Made by a program: the position numbers and the translations under genes. Under the pieces are notes generated by a model that did not search any database, was not told the origin of the DNA, and saw only the letters and a program-made list of their open reading frames with translations. Below are positions 20,147 to 31,379 of a stretch of DNA of 64,000 nucleotides, piece after piece (the stretch's first letter is position 1; every line of letters begins with the position of its first letter). The DNA lies in assembly GCA_965230295.1 (NCBI GenBank), contig OZ246001.1:1152001-1216000 (forward strand). The letters run 5' to 3'. Source of the stretch: Marinicella sp. (GTDB taxonomy: Bacteria > Pseudomonadota > Gammaproteobacteria > Xanthomonadales > Marinicellaceae).

Positions 20147-21754
20147 TTAAGGGTTGTAGTATGTGGCTGCACCCGGTCCAACAGGGAATCCAAGGACAAA
20201 CACCCACAGGTAGAACAACAAGGTCCAACCGACAAAGAAAATCATACTGTAGGGCAACATCGTGGCAATCAAGGTTCCTATGCCCAAGTTCCTTTTATAT
20301 TGTGTGGCCACCGCCAGAATCAAACCAAAATAACTCATCATCGGCGTGATGACATTGGTCACAGAATCACCAATGCGGTAAGCGGCCTGAATGGTTTCTG
20401 GTGCATAACCAATCAGCATCAACATCGGTACAAAAATCGGTGCAGTCACCGCCCACTGAGCTGAGGCACTGCCCAGGGACAAGTTCACCATGCCACAAAC
20501 CATGATGAAGAACACAAATATCATCGGACCATCCAAACCCATCATTTGAAGCATGGCTGCGCCTTTAACCGCCATCACAGTACCCAGATTGGTCCATTTG
20601 AAGAAGGCGACAAACTGAGAAGCAAAAAACACCAGCACAATATACATGCCCATACTGCTCATGCCTTTACTCATGGCATCAATCACATCGCGATCGTTTT
20701 TCATGGTGCCAGCCACCTTGCCATACACAAAACCCGGGATGGCAAAGGTGATAAAAATATAGACCACGATACCTTTGAGGAATGGTGAGTTCTTCACTGC
20801 ACCGGTTTCAGGATGGCGCAGTACACCCCATTCTGGCACCACAGTCAAAGCCAAAATCCCACAAATAATTAGGAACGTCAGGCCGGCCATACGCAAACCT
20901 TTCTTTTCAGCGGCAGTGACTTCATCAACCGACTGTTTGCCCAGTTCGATACTGGCCTCATCACTGTTGTAGGGACCCAGTCTGGGTTCAACGATCTTCT
21001 CGGTCACAAAAGCACCCATGATCACAATCAGAAATGTACTGACCATCATGAAATACCAATTAACCTCAGCACCCACCAGATAACTGGGATCCAGCATTTG
21101 TGCCGCTTCTTGGGTGATGCCCGACAACAACGGGTCAACTGTGCCAATCAATAAATTGGCACTGTAACCGGCAGACACACCCGCAAAGGCCGCAGCCAAA
21201 CCTGCCAATGGATGCCGACCCAAAGAGTGAAATATCAACGCAGCCATTGGGATCAGTACCACATAACCGAGTTCCGATGCAGTGTTTGATACCACACCAG
21301 CAAACACAATCATGACTGTCACCATGCGTTTCGATGCACCGATGACCAGCGAACGCATCAAGGCTGATAACATGCCAGAATGTTCTGCAACAGAAACACC
21401 GAGCAGCGCCACCAGCACTGTGCCCAACGGTGTGAAACCAGTGAAATTGGTAACCAGGTTTTGTACGATCCACCGCAAACCCTCGGCCGACATCAACGAA
21501 TTGACCTCAATCAGGCCATCAAGCTCACGCTTGGATGAACCTTCCGGACGTGGGTCCGGCACACTCATGCCCAACCATTCAGCAAAGCCACTGAATAACA
21601 CAATGAACAAACAAAACAAAGCAAACAATGTGATGGGATGCGGCAATAAATTGCCTAACCACTCTACGGTGGCAAGGAACTTGGCAAACCAGCCACTGGG
21701 TTGTTCTGATGATTGATTGGGGTTTTGCTTGGGAGGTTGGGCAGCTGTGGTCAA
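20147..21754 (-). CDS. abgT: AbgT family transporter
   Basis: GN.LPHP, GRHPLAG, SAGYSANL, GSASAQW, YRIGDSVTN.ITPMM.YF. Confidence 0.95.
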   Translation of the reverse strand: MTTAAQPPKQNPNQSSEQPSGWFAKFLATVEWLGNLLPHPITLFALFCLFIVLFSGFAEWLGMSVPDPRPEGSSKRELDGLIEVNSLMSAEGLRWIVQNLVTNFTGFTPLGTVLVALLGVSVAEHSGMLSALMRSLVIGASKRMVTVMIVFAGVVSNTASELGYVVLIPMAALIFHSLGRHPLAGLAAAFAGVSAGYSANLLIGTVDPLLSGITQEAAQMLDPSYLVGAEVNWYFMMVSTFLIVIMGAFVTEKIVEPRLGPYNSDEASIELGKQSVDEVTAAEKKGLRMAGLTFLIICGILALTVVPEWGVLRHPETGAVKNSPFLKGIVVYIFITFAIPGFVYGKVAGTMKNDRDVIDAMSKGMSSMGMYIVLVFFASQFVAFFKWTNLGTVMAVKGAAMLQMMGLDGPMIFVFFIMVCGMVNLSLGSASAQWAVTAPIFVPMLMLIGYAPETIQAAYRIGDSVTNVITPMMSYFGLILAVATQYKRNLGIGTLIATMLPYSMIFFVGWTLLFYLWVFVLGFPVGPGAATYYNP

Positions 21755-21876
21755 AATATTCTCCTATTAAGGATCACAAAAAACCCAACATTTTCACTCA
21801 AATGCGAACCATTTACAACTCACCACGGGATGTTCTTGGCTTTATGCGACCAAAATTAAAAAAATGAAATCAATTT

Positions 21877-21903
21877 GAACATATTTATATGTATAGAGTC
21901 TGA
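21877..21903 (+). promoter_or_regulatory. Putative RpoE (sigma E) promoter of dsbC
   Basis: GAACAT-N16-TCTGA versus consensus GAACTT-N16-TCTGA, 70 nt upstream of dsbC. Confidence 0.65.
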
Positions 21904-21972
21904 ATCAAAAACCAGCATCGAAATAGAAATCATAAGTCGATGCCAATTAGCTGAAACAAAAAGAGAGGTCAC

Positions 21973-22743
21973 ATGATAAACAACAAAAAACTATGGCTCA
22001 GTACCATTTTGGTTTTGGGCACCACCCAGTCCATTGCCGCACAAAGCGACAACATTCAGAACAAAGCTGAACTGGAAAAATATGGGGCTGCCATCCAACA
22101 ATTGTCCAACCAAAAAATCAGTGTAAAAAGCGTTTCTGACAGTCCATTTAAAGACATCAAAGAGGTGGTGATCACGACGGGTTCACAACAACAGATTGTT
22201 TACTTGAGTGAAGATGGCCAATTCTTGTTTGAAGGCAACTTAATGGACATCAAAAACAAACAGAACCTGACTGAATTGACACGTTCCAGTTTGCGTCAAG
22301 AATTGATGAGCGAATTCAAAAAAAACCACACAAGCATTGATTTTTTGCCTGAACAAATGACTGATCAAATCACAGTTTTTACTGACATTGATTGTGGCGT
22401 ATGCAGAAAATTCCATGAAAATGTCAGCGCCTTCAATGACGCTGGAATCGGCGTGTCTTATTTGTTTTTCCCCAGAGCAGGCATTGGCTCAGCTTCACAC
22501 CAGAAAGCCGTTAATGTGTGGTGTGCAGATGACCAACAACAAGCCATAAGCCTGGCCAAAAGCGGCGTTGAGTTAAAACCGCTGATGTGCCCGAACCCTA
22601 TTGAAACCCAATACAAATTGGCACTGAGCGCGGGTGTCAATGGCACACCTTATATCGTGCTGGATGACGGCACATTGATCCGCGGATACCAAACCCCCAA
22701 TCAATTGAAACAGCGCCTTGAGCAGAACAAAAACAAACAATGA
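21973..22743 (+). CDS. dsbC: Thiol:disulfide isomerase DsbC
   Basis: Signal peptide, dimerisation domain, FTDIDCGVC, YLFFPRAG, VWCA, GVNGTP. Confidence 0.92.
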   Translation: MINNKKLWLSTILVLGTTQSIAAQSDNIQNKAELEKYGAAIQQLSNQKISVKSVSDSPFKDIKEVVITTGSQQQIVYLSEDGQFLFEGNLMDIKNKQNLTELTRSSLRQELMSEFKKNHTSIDFLPEQMTDQITVFTDIDCGVCRKFHENVSAFNDAGIGVSYLFFPRAGIGSASHQKAVNVWCADDQQQAISLAKSGVELKPLMCPNPIETQYKLALSAGVNGTPYIVLDDGTLIRGYQTPNQLKQRLEQNKNKQ

Positions 22744-22963
22744 CATACCTGAGGCGTTTGTGAGGCAATAGACAAACTGCCATGAAAATACAGCGACTTT
22801 GATTAACGCATTTCCCGGTCGCTGTGTTTGGCATTTTGCACCCATGATCTCATCTGAGGCGATGCTGTTTCAGCATGGCATGTCCAAATAAAAACCACAA
22901 TTTTGCAGATTTTCATTACAGATTCGGCTACTATACGGCCCTTTAGATTTTTGACGATACAAT

Positions 22964-23149
22964 ATGTCAGCGGCCAACATGCAAGTAACAGAAGACCCCA
23001 ACATCAAATTTTTACAACAAACCATTGATGACATGGAGCATGAATTGTCTGAAGCCTCATTTGGTGGTGACCGCAGAAAAATCCCTACCCTGATGAAACA
23101 ACTCAAAGAAGCCCGCAAGATTTTGGCCAAGATGACTGGGGAGTATTGA
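22964..23149 (+). CDS. Small hypothetical helical protein
   Basis: 61 aa amphipathic ORF filling an intergenic gap, convergent with the next gene. Confidence 0.55.
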   Translation: MSAANMQVTEDPNIKFLQQTIDDMEHELSEASFGGDRRKIPTLMKQLKEARKILAKMTGEY

Positions 23150-23156
23150 TTAATTT

Positions 23157-24383
23157 TTATTTGACCCCGATCTCAATGACATAGGCAGCACCCGACTCTT
23201 TTCCTTGCTCGTCATGACGGACAGCCCCGACCAGCATCGTGTGTTTATCCATCGCGACACTCCAACCAAACACATCTCCTGTCGCTCCGTCTGCTGCGGT
23301 TAATTTAGCCTGTTCATCCCAGGTTTCACCTTCATGAGTGTAAACATAGACAGCACCAGAATTTGGACCCATGTCATCCTGATGCATGGCACTGATCACT
23401 GCTTTGTCACCCCAAATAGCCACTCCACGACCAAACCGGTCATCTGTCGCACCATCCTTGGCAGTCAGCTTTGCTTGTTGTTTCCATTGAGTACCAAGAC
23501 GAGTAAAAATGTAAGCAGAGCCTGAATCCACTCCCATGCTGTCATCATCATCACGGCGAGCGGATATCAATGCCCAATCACCTGATAAAGCAACCCTTAC
23601 ACCAAAGATATCTGTTTCAGCCCCATCATCTGCCATGAGCTTGGCTTGCAGCTGCCATGCATTTCCATCACGGACAAAGACATAAGCAGCCCCTGCATCA
23701 GTCGCTTTTTCATCATGCAAATCTGCGCCAATCAAAAGGGTATCATCATCAAGTGCCACACTGATACCAAACACGTCACCTTGGGCACCATCCGGTGCCA
23801 CCAGTTTACTTTGCTGAACCCAAGAATGATCCGTCCGTTTAAAAATATATACGGCACCCGAGCTTGTTCCATGATCATCATCGTGAGGAGCCCCAATGGC
23901 TATGGTGTCGCCTGAAATTGCAATGCTTTGTCCAAAAGCGTCACCTGCACTGCCATCTTCAGCCATTAATTTGGCTTGTTCGTCCCACTTTAAACCTGAA
24001 CGCTTGAACACATAGACTGCGCCAGAATCCTCACCTTTTGCATCATGACCGATGGCTCCAATAACAGCCCTGTTTCCATGTATAGCTACTTTTCCACCAA
24101 AAGTATCGTCGGCCACACCATCACTGGCCATGAGTTTGGCTTGCTGGGCCCAACCTTGATTGGTGTGAGTAAAAACATAGGCTGAGCCCACATCTTTTCC
24201 AGCCTGGTGATCTGATTTAAATGAACCCACCAGAGCCGTGCCTTCATATAAAGCCACATCAAAACCGAAATAATCGCCTGCAGCACCACCTTCGGGTAAC
24301 AACTTACTTTGAACATATTGGGATTCAGCATAGCCGTTTACTATGGATACGATCACCAAGAAAGCTGCAAATAGTCGTTTCAT
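23157..24383 (-). CDS. Secreted FG-GAP repeat beta-propeller protein
   Basis: Signal peptide; seven ~57-aa repeats KL.A.DG...D.FG..VA......GA......G..SG.AYVF. Confidence 0.9.
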   Translation of the reverse strand: MKRLFAAFLVIVSIVNGYAESQYVQSKLLPEGGAAGDYFGFDVALYEGTALVGSFKSDHQAGKDVGSAYVFTHTNQGWAQQAKLMASDGVADDTFGGKVAIHGNRAVIGAIGHDAKGEDSGAVYVFKRSGLKWDEQAKLMAEDGSAGDAFGQSIAISGDTIAIGAPHDDDHGTSSGAVYIFKRTDHSWVQQSKLVAPDGAQGDVFGISVALDDDTLLIGADLHDEKATDAGAAYVFVRDGNAWQLQAKLMADDGAETDIFGVRVALSGDWALISARRDDDDSMGVDSGSAYIFTRLGTQWKQQAKLTAKDGATDDRFGRGVAIWGDKAVISAMHQDDMGPNSGAVYVYTHEGETWDEQAKLTAADGATGDVFGWSVAMDKHTMLVGAVRHDEQGKESGAAYVIEIGVK

Positions 24384-24613
24384 GAATTTCAAATTTTGGC
24401 TGTATTGATAAACTTACCTTATAAAACAACAGCAATATCTGGTCAAGCACAGTCAGATAGAATGGCCATTGATCACGACGAACAGAAAGCCAGCTTCTGA
24501 AATAAGTGCCTCTGGATTAGAAGTTAGTCATCAGCCAGGTTTCATGGTTGGCCCATGGTTGGACATTGTCTGAAATCAACGCTCCAAATGTTAATACCCA
24601 ACTTAATAAACTT

Positions 24614-24733
24614 TTGGGTGGTCGACTTCAGTCGACCCTTTTTCACACATCATTTTTAAAGGCTGCACATCAATCACATCGTTGACACAATAACTACAAT
24701 TCATACATACGTTGGCTGAAGTCAATGACCCAA
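24614..24733. repeat. Inverted pair of REP-like palindromes (REPIN-like)
   Basis: TTGGGTGGTCGACTTCAGTCGAC (24614-24636) and an inverted degenerate copy at 24711-24733 (18/23 identical). Confidence 0.6.
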
Positions 24734-24760
24734 TGCATTTTGATCTTTAAGCACGTCACG

Positions 24761-24795
24761 AAGACACTGGATACCGGCCTGCGCCGGTATGACGG
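24761..24795 (-). repeat. REP-like palindrome (copy 2)
   Basis: Minus strand CCGTCATACCGGC-GCAG-GCCGGTATCCAGTGTCTT, same family as 14676-14710. Confidence 0.7.
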
Positions 24796-24857
24796 ATATT
24801 GATTGATAGGCAATGCATCATGTTAATTTTCTTCATTCCTTTTGGCGATCCTATGCA

Positions 24858-26132
24858 TCACAACAACATCGAAAACAGTTCAGGTTGGTTGTTGAGGTAG
24901 TCATTGTAAAAGCCTCCGGATTTCATGCGGTTGAGTAAAGGATCGAAATCTTCGTTGCGTTTCAATTCGATGCCCACCACGGCCGGGCCGTGTTCGCGAT
25001 TGTGTTTCTTTTGGTATTGAAAATAAGTGATGTCATCGGCCGGACCCAGTACATCAGCAACAAACTCCTTAAGCGCGCCTGCCCGTTGTGGAAAGCACAC
25101 CAAGAAATAATGTTTTAGACCATTGAACAGCAATGCCCGCTCTCTGATTTCTTCGATCCGGGTGATGTCGTTGTTGCTGCCACTGAGTACACAAACCACC
25201 CGTTTGCCTCGAATTTTTTCTTGATAACTGTGCAAACCGGCCAATGACAGGGCACCAGCTGGTTCCACCACAATGGCGTCTTTGTTGTACAGATTCAGAA
25301 TGGTTTGACAGATCAAGCCATCAGGCACACTGATCACATCATCCAGCAAATCACGACAAATCTCAAAGGTGTGCTGACCCACTTGTTGTACCGCAGCGCC
25401 ATCAACAAAACGATCGATGTGGGTTAACTTGGTGTTATGGCCCACTTTCATGGCCGCAGCCATGGATGCTGCACCCGCTGGTTCAACGCCAATAACACGG
25501 GTGTCGGGAGACTGCTGTTTGAACACTGTCAACAAACCTGAGGCCAATCCACCACCACCAATCGGTACAAACACATAGTCAATAGGCGCCTCCGATTGTT
25601 CAATGATTTCACTGCCTATGGTGGCTTGACCGGCAATGATTTCAGGGTCATCAAAAGGGTGAATGAATGGGTAGTTTTGTTGCTCACTGAATGCATAAGC
25701 CTGTTGTTGGGCTTCATCAAATGTATCACCCACCAGTACCAAGTCAACCTGTTGCCCACCAAACATCTTGACTTGTTCAATTTTCTGCTGTGGTGTGGTC
25801 ACCGGCATATAAACCGCTGCTTTAACCCCCAGCTGGCGACAGGTGTAAGCCACCCCTTGGGCATGGTTTCCCGCACTGGCACAAACCACATGATTCAAAC
25901 CGGGGCGCTGTTCCAACAAAGCTGCTATCTTGTTGTAAGCACCCCGGATTTTATAGGACCTGACGGCCTGCAAGTCTTCGCGTTTCAACAGCACTTCAGC
26001 ACCCATAGACTGACTGTAAGTGAGGTTGGGCAGCAAGGGGGTTTGATTCACCACACCTTGGAGGCGATGTAAGGCCGCTGCCACATCTACTGGTGGTAAG
26101 TCTTCAAAGTTTTTTGCAGCAGCAGTCATCAT
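24858..26132 (-). CDS. ilvA: Threonine ammonia-lyase, short form with a single regulatory domain
   Basis: KREDLQ.VRSYKIRGAYN, CASAGNHAQG, PIGGGGL, FPQRAGAL. Confidence 0.96.
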   Translation of the reverse strand: MMTAAAKNFEDLPPVDVAAALHRLQGVVNQTPLLPNLTYSQSMGAEVLLKREDLQAVRSYKIRGAYNKIAALLEQRPGLNHVVCASAGNHAQGVAYTCRQLGVKAAVYMPVTTPQQKIEQVKMFGGQQVDLVLVGDTFDEAQQQAYAFSEQQNYPFIHPFDDPEIIAGQATIGSEIIEQSEAPIDYVFVPIGGGGLASGLLTVFKQQSPDTRVIGVEPAGAASMAAAMKVGHNTKLTHIDRFVDGAAVQQVGQHTFEICRDLLDDVISVPDGLICQTILNLYNKDAIVVEPAGALSLAGLHSYQEKIRGKRVVCVLSGSNNDITRIEEIRERALLFNGLKHYFLVCFPQRAGALKEFVADVLGPADDITYFQYQKKHNREHGPAVVGIELKRNEDFDPLLNRMKSGGFYNDYLNNQPELFSMLL

Positions 26133-26144
26133 CTATCCTAAAAT

Positions 26145-27191
26145 TCAACCATTCTCTGGTCTGAGTTTTCTGACTTGCTGGCCAGTTTGCCACAATTCAG
26201 AATTGCGCAAAGCTTCCAACTCCAGATCCAGTTTTTCCCGGTAATCGGCCTTTTGGTTGGCCTCGATCACCACCCTGGCTTCTTCCCCGCTGGAAACACT
26301 GTTGTACAGTTCTTCAAACAAGGGCGTATTGGCATCACGGAACTTGTGGCGCCAATCCAAAGCACCCCGTTGTGCCGTGGTCGAAGTGTTGGCATACATC
26401 CAATCCATGCCATTATCAGCCACCAAAGGCATCAAAGATTGGGTCAACTCTTCCACCGTCTCATTGAAGGCTTCAGACGGTGAATGACCGTGTTTTCTCA
26501 GCACGTTGTACTGCGCTTCAAATAACCCTGCAATGGCACCCATCAAGATTCCACGTTCACCGGTGAGGTCTGAGTACACTTCTTTTTTGAAATCGGTTTC
26601 AAACAGGTAGCCGGATCCCACGCCTATGCCCAGTGCCGTGGCCGTTTCTTTGGCCTGGCCGGTCACATCCTGGAAAATGGCATAACTTGAATTCAAACCT
26701 TTGCCTTGTTGGAACAAGGTGCGCAAAGAACGGCCAGAACCTTTTGGAGCAACCAGCACCACATCCACATCATCAGGAGGCACAATGCCGGTTTGTTCAT
26801 TGAAGGTGACACCGAAGCCATGAGAAAAGTACAAAGTGTCACCGGCATTGAGGTTGTCTTTGACCGATGGCCAGGCGGCAATCTGTCCCGCGTCTGACAA
26901 CAGGTACATCACCACGTCAGCTTGTTGGGTGGCAGCATCCAGTTCGAACAGATTCTCGCCTTCAACCCAACCGTCGGCCAATGCTTTGTCCCATGAGCCT
27001 GAACCTTTGCGCTGACCCACAATGACGTTGAAACCATTGTCACGCAGATTCAAGGCCTGGCCCGGCCCTTGGACACCATACCCGAGAACCGCAATGGTTT
27101 TGTCTTGTAAATAAGATTGTGCCTGTTCCAATGGATACTCATCACGAGTCACCACTTCTTCCCAGGTTCCACCAAAATTTAATTTAGCCAT
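26145..27191 (-). CDS. ilvC: Ketol-acid reductoisomerase
   Basis: GYGVQG.GQ.LNLRD, FSHGF, APKGSG, SDLTGERG.LMG, STTAQRGALDW. Confidence 0.97.
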   Translation of the reverse strand: MAKLNFGGTWEEVVTRDEYPLEQAQSYLQDKTIAVLGYGVQGPGQALNLRDNGFNVIVGQRKGSGSWDKALADGWVEGENLFELDAATQQADVVMYLLSDAGQIAAWPSVKDNLNAGDTLYFSHGFGVTFNEQTGIVPPDDVDVVLVAPKGSGRSLRTLFQQGKGLNSSYAIFQDVTGQAKETATALGIGVGSGYLFETDFKKEVYSDLTGERGILMGAIAGLFEAQYNVLRKHGHSPSEAFNETVEELTQSLMPLVADNGMDWMYANTSTTAQRGALDWRHKFRDANTPLFEELYNSVSSGEEARVVIEANQKADYREKLDLELEALRNSELWQTGQQVRKLRPENG

Positions 27192-27221
27192 AATATTTCC
27201 TCTTAGTTTTCGTTTTTTAAA

Positions 27222-27797
27222 TTAATCATTGAGTGACACCTGTGTGCCGCTTTCGGCGTCACAAGTGGCGTGTTGTTTAAAGACTGACATGTCAGCTGCT
27301 GCTGCGCTGGCCGTCATGGGTTTGCTGATGCTGACCGGACCTGAACGGACAAATTCCAAAATCCCAACCACCGATAAATCATCAAACAAGGCTTGACTCT
27401 CGGGGCGACTGCCGGTTTTTTCTATCACGGTGTATTCGCTGTTCATGCTCAATACCCGAGCATGGTGACGGTGAATGATCTGCTCAGTCAGGGTTTGTTC
27501 CAGCATGGATTTTGAAGCGATCTTGTACAAAGCCACTTCTTGTTGAATCATGTCATCCTCAGGGCGGTACTCAGCCCTGACCACTTCAATCTGTCGTTCC
27601 AACTGCTTGCTCAAACGGGCGGCTGTCTTGTGATCGCAGCGCACCTGTACACTGTGTCTGAAGATGCCCGGTTCTGCTGATTCACAAACTGACAAGGCAT
27701 CGATGTTGAGGTTGACTCTGGAGAACACCGCTGTGATGCGGTTCAATATCCCTGCCTGATCGTTGGAATAGATGGCAAAGTCATAGGTTTTAATCAT
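27222..27797 (-). CDS. ilvN: Acetolactate synthase small subunit
   Basis: ACT domain GILNRITAVFSR..LNI..LSV, EFVRSG; ATG at 27797 overlaps the ilvB stop. Confidence 0.9.
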   Translation of the reverse strand: MIKTYDFAIYSNDQAGILNRITAVFSRVNLNIDALSVCESAEPGIFRHSVQVRCDHKTAARLSKQLERQIEVVRAEYRPEDDMIQQEVALYKIASKSMLEQTLTEQIIHRHHARVLSMNSEYTVIEKTGSRPESQALFDDLSVVGILEFVRSGPVSISKPMTASAAAADMSVFKQHATCDAESGTQVSLND

Positions 27798-29580
27798 CCG
27801 CCGGCCCTCCTGTCGTTTCAGATTGATCCTCGCCCAAACACATGTCTGCCACTGATGCGCCAGGGGTGATGATGGGAAACACATTGTCTTGTTGAGCCAC
27901 CCGCACCTCTAAGACATAGGCACCCGGATGCGCCATCATGGTTTTGATGGCTGCAGGTAATTCGCCGCGCGCCGTCACACATTGGTTGGCTATGCCATAA
28001 CCATCGGCCAACACCCCAAAATCAGGGTTGGCCAGTTCTGTCGAAGCATAGCGTTTGTCAAAATACAATTCCTGCCACTGCCTGACCATGCCCAAAAATT
28101 GATTGTTGAGGATGATCACTTTCACTGGCAATTGATGTTGCATCATCACGCCCAATTCCTGGATGGTCATTTGCACACCGCCATCACCCACAATACCCAC
28201 CACTTGGCGTTCAGGACAAGCGAACTTGGCACCTATGGCAGCCGGCAAACAAAAGCCCATAGTACCCAAGCCACCTGAAGTGATCAGGCTGCGGGTCTGC
28301 TTGAAGTTGGTATATCGACAGGCCACCATCTGGTGTTGGCCGACATCAGTAACGATGATGGGATCTTCTGTTTGTTGGTTCAAACAGTCAACCACTTCAG
28401 CCATGTTGATTTCTTCACCCGCGGGCTGCAAATCTTTATCAATAATCAAACGTTGTTCAACTTGATGCAATTTGCTGAATTCGGCCAGCCAGGCACTGTG
28501 CTGGTTGTGTTGCAAATGTTTCATCAAAGCTGGCAATGTTTGTTTCACATCACCCAACACCGCCACGCTGGCAGGTACGTTTTTATTGATTTCACTGGGA
28601 TCGATTTCAAAATGGACCACTTGCGCCTGTTTGGCATAATGCTCCAGATTGCTGGTGACCCGGTCATCAAAACGCATACCTACAGCAATCAACACATCGC
28701 ATTCATTGGTTAATTTGTTGGCGGCATAATTACCATGCATACCCAACATGCCCACGTATTGAGGATGGTCTGATGGGATGGCTGACAAACCAAGCACAGT
28801 CGATGCCAAAGGCGCGCCACTTCGTTCAGCAAAGGCCAAGAACTCCTGTTCAGCCTGACCCAGAATCACCCCTTGACCAAACAAAACCAACGGTTTCTTG
28901 GCTCCATTGATCAAACTGGCAGCCTGAGCCAAAGCCAGCTGGTTAGGTGTTGGATTCGGGTCATAGCTGCTCAGCTGTTCACAGGCCTGATAAATGAAAT
29001 CCAAAGAATCTACCTGGGCATTTTTGGTGATGTCGATCAGCACCGGTCCGGGTCGGCCACTGCGGGCCACATAAAAAGCTTTGGCCAAAGCAACTGGTAT
29101 TTCAGCAGCTTCAGTCACTTTGTAATTCCATTTGGTCACGGGCATGGAGATGTCCAGGATGTCGATCTCTTGAAATGCATCGGTTCCCAATAAATGCGCA
29201 AATACCTGTCCGGTGATACACACCAAAGGTGTTGAGTCCAAATAAGCGTCAGCTATCCCGGTGATCAAGTTGGTGGCACCCGGTCCTGAGGTGGCGATAC
29301 AAACGCCCACATCACCTGAAGCTCGGGCATAACCCTGAGCGGCGTGCACCGCACCTTGTTCGTGTCGCACCAGAATATGTTCCAACCGGGTTTCAAAATC
29401 CATCAAAGCATCATAAGTGGGCATGATGGCACCACCCGGATAACCAAACACTTTACTCACGCCCTCAGCCAGTAAACTCATGATGATGGCTTCTGAGCCA
29501 GTGACCCTTTGGCTGTTCGATGCAGCAGTCGGTTGTTGATCAACGGTCAAAGTTTCTGAAATCATTGAGGCGGTTTTCAT
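27790..29580 (-). CDS. ilvB: Acetolactate synthase large subunit
   Basis: [35 protein letters not shown]. Confidence 0.97.
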   Translation of the reverse strand: MKTASMISETLTVDQQPTAASNSQRVTGSEAIIMSLLAEGVSKVFGYPGGAIMPTYDALMDFETRLEHILVRHEQGAVHAAQGYARASGDVGVCIATSGPGATNLITGIADAYLDSTPLVCITGQVFAHLLGTDAFQEIDILDISMPVTKWNYKVTEAAEIPVALAKAFYVARSGRPGPVLIDITKNAQVDSLDFIYQACEQLSSYDPNPTPNQLALAQAASLINGAKKPLVLFGQGVILGQAEQEFLAFAERSGAPLASTVLGLSAIPSDHPQYVGMLGMHGNYAANKLTNECDVLIAVGMRFDDRVTSNLEHYAKQAQVVHFEIDPSEINKNVPASVAVLGDVKQTLPALMKHLQHNQHSAWLAEFSKLHQVEQRLIIDKDLQPAGEEINMAEVVDCLNQQTEDPIIVTDVGQHQMVACRYTNFKQTRSLITSGGLGTMGFCLPAAIGAKFACPERQVVGIVGDGGVQMTIQELGVMMQHQLPVKVIILNNQFLGMVRQWQELYFDKRYASTELANPDFGVLADGYGIANQCVTARGELPAAIKTMMAHPGAYVLEVRVAQQDNVFPIITPGASVADMCLGEDQSETTGGPADD

Positions 29581-31379
29581 GAAGTCGCTCCTTTGGCTTG
29601 AAAATTGGCAGCCACATCTTCCGCAATCAGGTTCATTTCAATGCGATTGACTGGTTGTTCTGCTGTGTGATTTAAGCGGGATCCTGTCTCCGATCTTTCT
29701 GGCGGCAGATCAGTCAAACAGCCGGTAGAAGCGGATGAAACTGTGCGGGCATATTTACCCAAAGTGCCCCTACTGTGCTTGAGTGCTGGTGCTTGCCATT
29801 GCACCCTTCTGGCAGTCAGGTCAGCTTCACTGACATGTAATTTCATCAGGTTATTTTGGGCATCAATGGTGATCAAGTCACCATCCTTAACCAATGCCAA
29901 ATTACCACCCACCTGGGCTTCCGGAGTGACATGTCCAACCACAAAACCATGGGTGCCACCAGAAAACCGGCCATCGGTGATCAAGGCCACCGAATTACCC
30001 AAACCGGCACCAATGATGGCAGAGGTGGGCTTCAGCATTTCTGGCATTCCCGGACCCCCTTTGGGGCCCACATAGCGGATCACCACCACATCACCTGCTT
30101 TCACTTGACCTTGAGCAATGCCTTCGTTGACCGCTTGTTCACTGTCGAAAGTAACCGCAGGCCCTTGAAAATACTCACCTTCTTTGCCGGTGATCTTAGC
30201 CACTGAACCTTGCTCCGCCAGATTCCCCTTGAGAATTTGGATGTGTCCTGTGGTTTTGATCGGCTGGTCTTGCATGCGCAGCACATCTTGACTGGCATCC
30301 AAGGCTTTGATGTTTTCCAAATTTTCCGACAGGGTTTTTCCAGTGACTGTCATGCAGCTGCCATCCAACCAGCCCAGCTCCAGCATGTATTTCATCACCG
30401 CCGGAACCCCTCCGACGCGATGCAAATCTTCCATCAGGTATCGGCCACTTGGCTTGAGGTCAGCCAAAAAGGGGGTGGCATCGCTGATGGACTGAAAATC
30501 ATCCAAGCCCATATCGATACCGGCGGCATCGGCTATGGCCAGAAAATGCAGCACCGCATTGGTCGAACCACCCAATACAGTAACCAGCTTGAATGCATTG
30601 CTCAGTGATGATTTGGTGACGATGTCTCGGGGCTTCAGGTCATTTTGGATCAAACCATGCATGGCTTCAGCCACTTGCGCCATTTCATCCAATTTGTCTT
30701 GGCTGATGGCGGGATTGGAAGAAGAATATGGCAAACTCATGCCCATGGCTTCAATGGCCGATGCCATGGTGTTGGCCGTGTACATGCCGCCACAGGCGCC
30801 GGCCCCCGGACAGGCTTTTTGAATCACCTGCTGATAATCATCTTCTTCAATCTGACCGCTGACTTTTTCTCCCCAGGCTTCAAAAGCAGACACCACATCA
30901 AGTTTTTTACCGGCATGACAACCGGCTGCAATGGTGCCACCATAAACCAACAGTGCCGGCCGATTCAGCCGCAACATCGCCATCATGGCACCGGGCATGT
31001 TCTTATCACACCCCACCACAGTCACCACAGCATCGTAGTGCATACCGGCAACCACAGTTTCCATGGAGTCAGCGATCAAATCACGGGATGGCAAAGAATA
31101 ATGCATGCCACTGGTACCCATGGAGATGCCATCGGAGATACCAATGGTATTGAAAATCAAGCCATTCAACGGATAGGCACTGATGGCCTGTTTGATGTTC
31201 TTGGCCAAATCATTGAGGTGCATGTTACAAGGGTTGCCCTCATAACCCGTTGAAGCTATTCCCACGAAGGGCTGATTCAATTGCTCAGCAGTCAGACCAA
31301 TGGCATGCAACATGGCTTTGGCAGCCGGTTGTGAATCATCCTGGGTCACTGCTTTTGAATAGGGGTTCAATGCTTTCAT
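29577..31379 (-). CDS. ilvD: Dihydroxy-acid dehydratase
   Basis: [41 protein letters not shown]. Confidence 0.97.
   Translation of the reverse strand: MKALNPYSKAVTQDDSQPAAKAMLHAIGLTAEQLNQPFVGIASTGYEGNPCNMHLNDLAKNIKQAISAYPLNGLIFNTIGISDGISMGTSGMHYSLPSRDLIADSMETVVAGMHYDAVVTVVGCDKNMPGAMMAMLRLNRPALLVYGGTIAAGCHAGKKLDVVSAFEAWGEKVSGQIEEDDYQQVIQKACPGAGACGGMYTANTMASAIEAMGMSLPYSSSNPAISQDKLDEMAQVAEAMHGLIQNDLKPRDIVTKSSLSNAFKLVTVLGGSTNAVLHFLAIADAAGIDMGLDDFQSISDATPFLADLKPSGRYLMEDLHRVGGVPAVMKYMLELGWLDGSCMTVTGKTLSENLENIKALDASQDVLRMQDQPIKTTGHIQILKGNLAEQGSVAKITGKEGEYFQGPAVTFDSEQAVNEGIAQGQVKAGDVVVIRYVGPKGGPGMPEMLKPTSAIIGAGLGNSVALITDGRFSGGTHGFVVGHVTPEAQVGGNLALVKDGDLITIDAQNNLMKLHVSEADLTARRVQWQAPALKHSRGTLGKYARTVSSASTGCLTDLPPERSETGSRLNHTAEQPVNRIEMNLIAEDVAANFQAKGATS

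Noticed and set aside
21826-21846. GGGATGTTCTTGGCTTTATG as a sixth copy of the hairpin repeat
   Set aside because: Only a partial match and the hairpin cannot form
23157-24383. Periodic ~170-nt similarity suggesting a CRISPR or tandem DNA array
   Set aside because: Explained by protein-level FG-GAP repeats; no identical repeat-spacer structure
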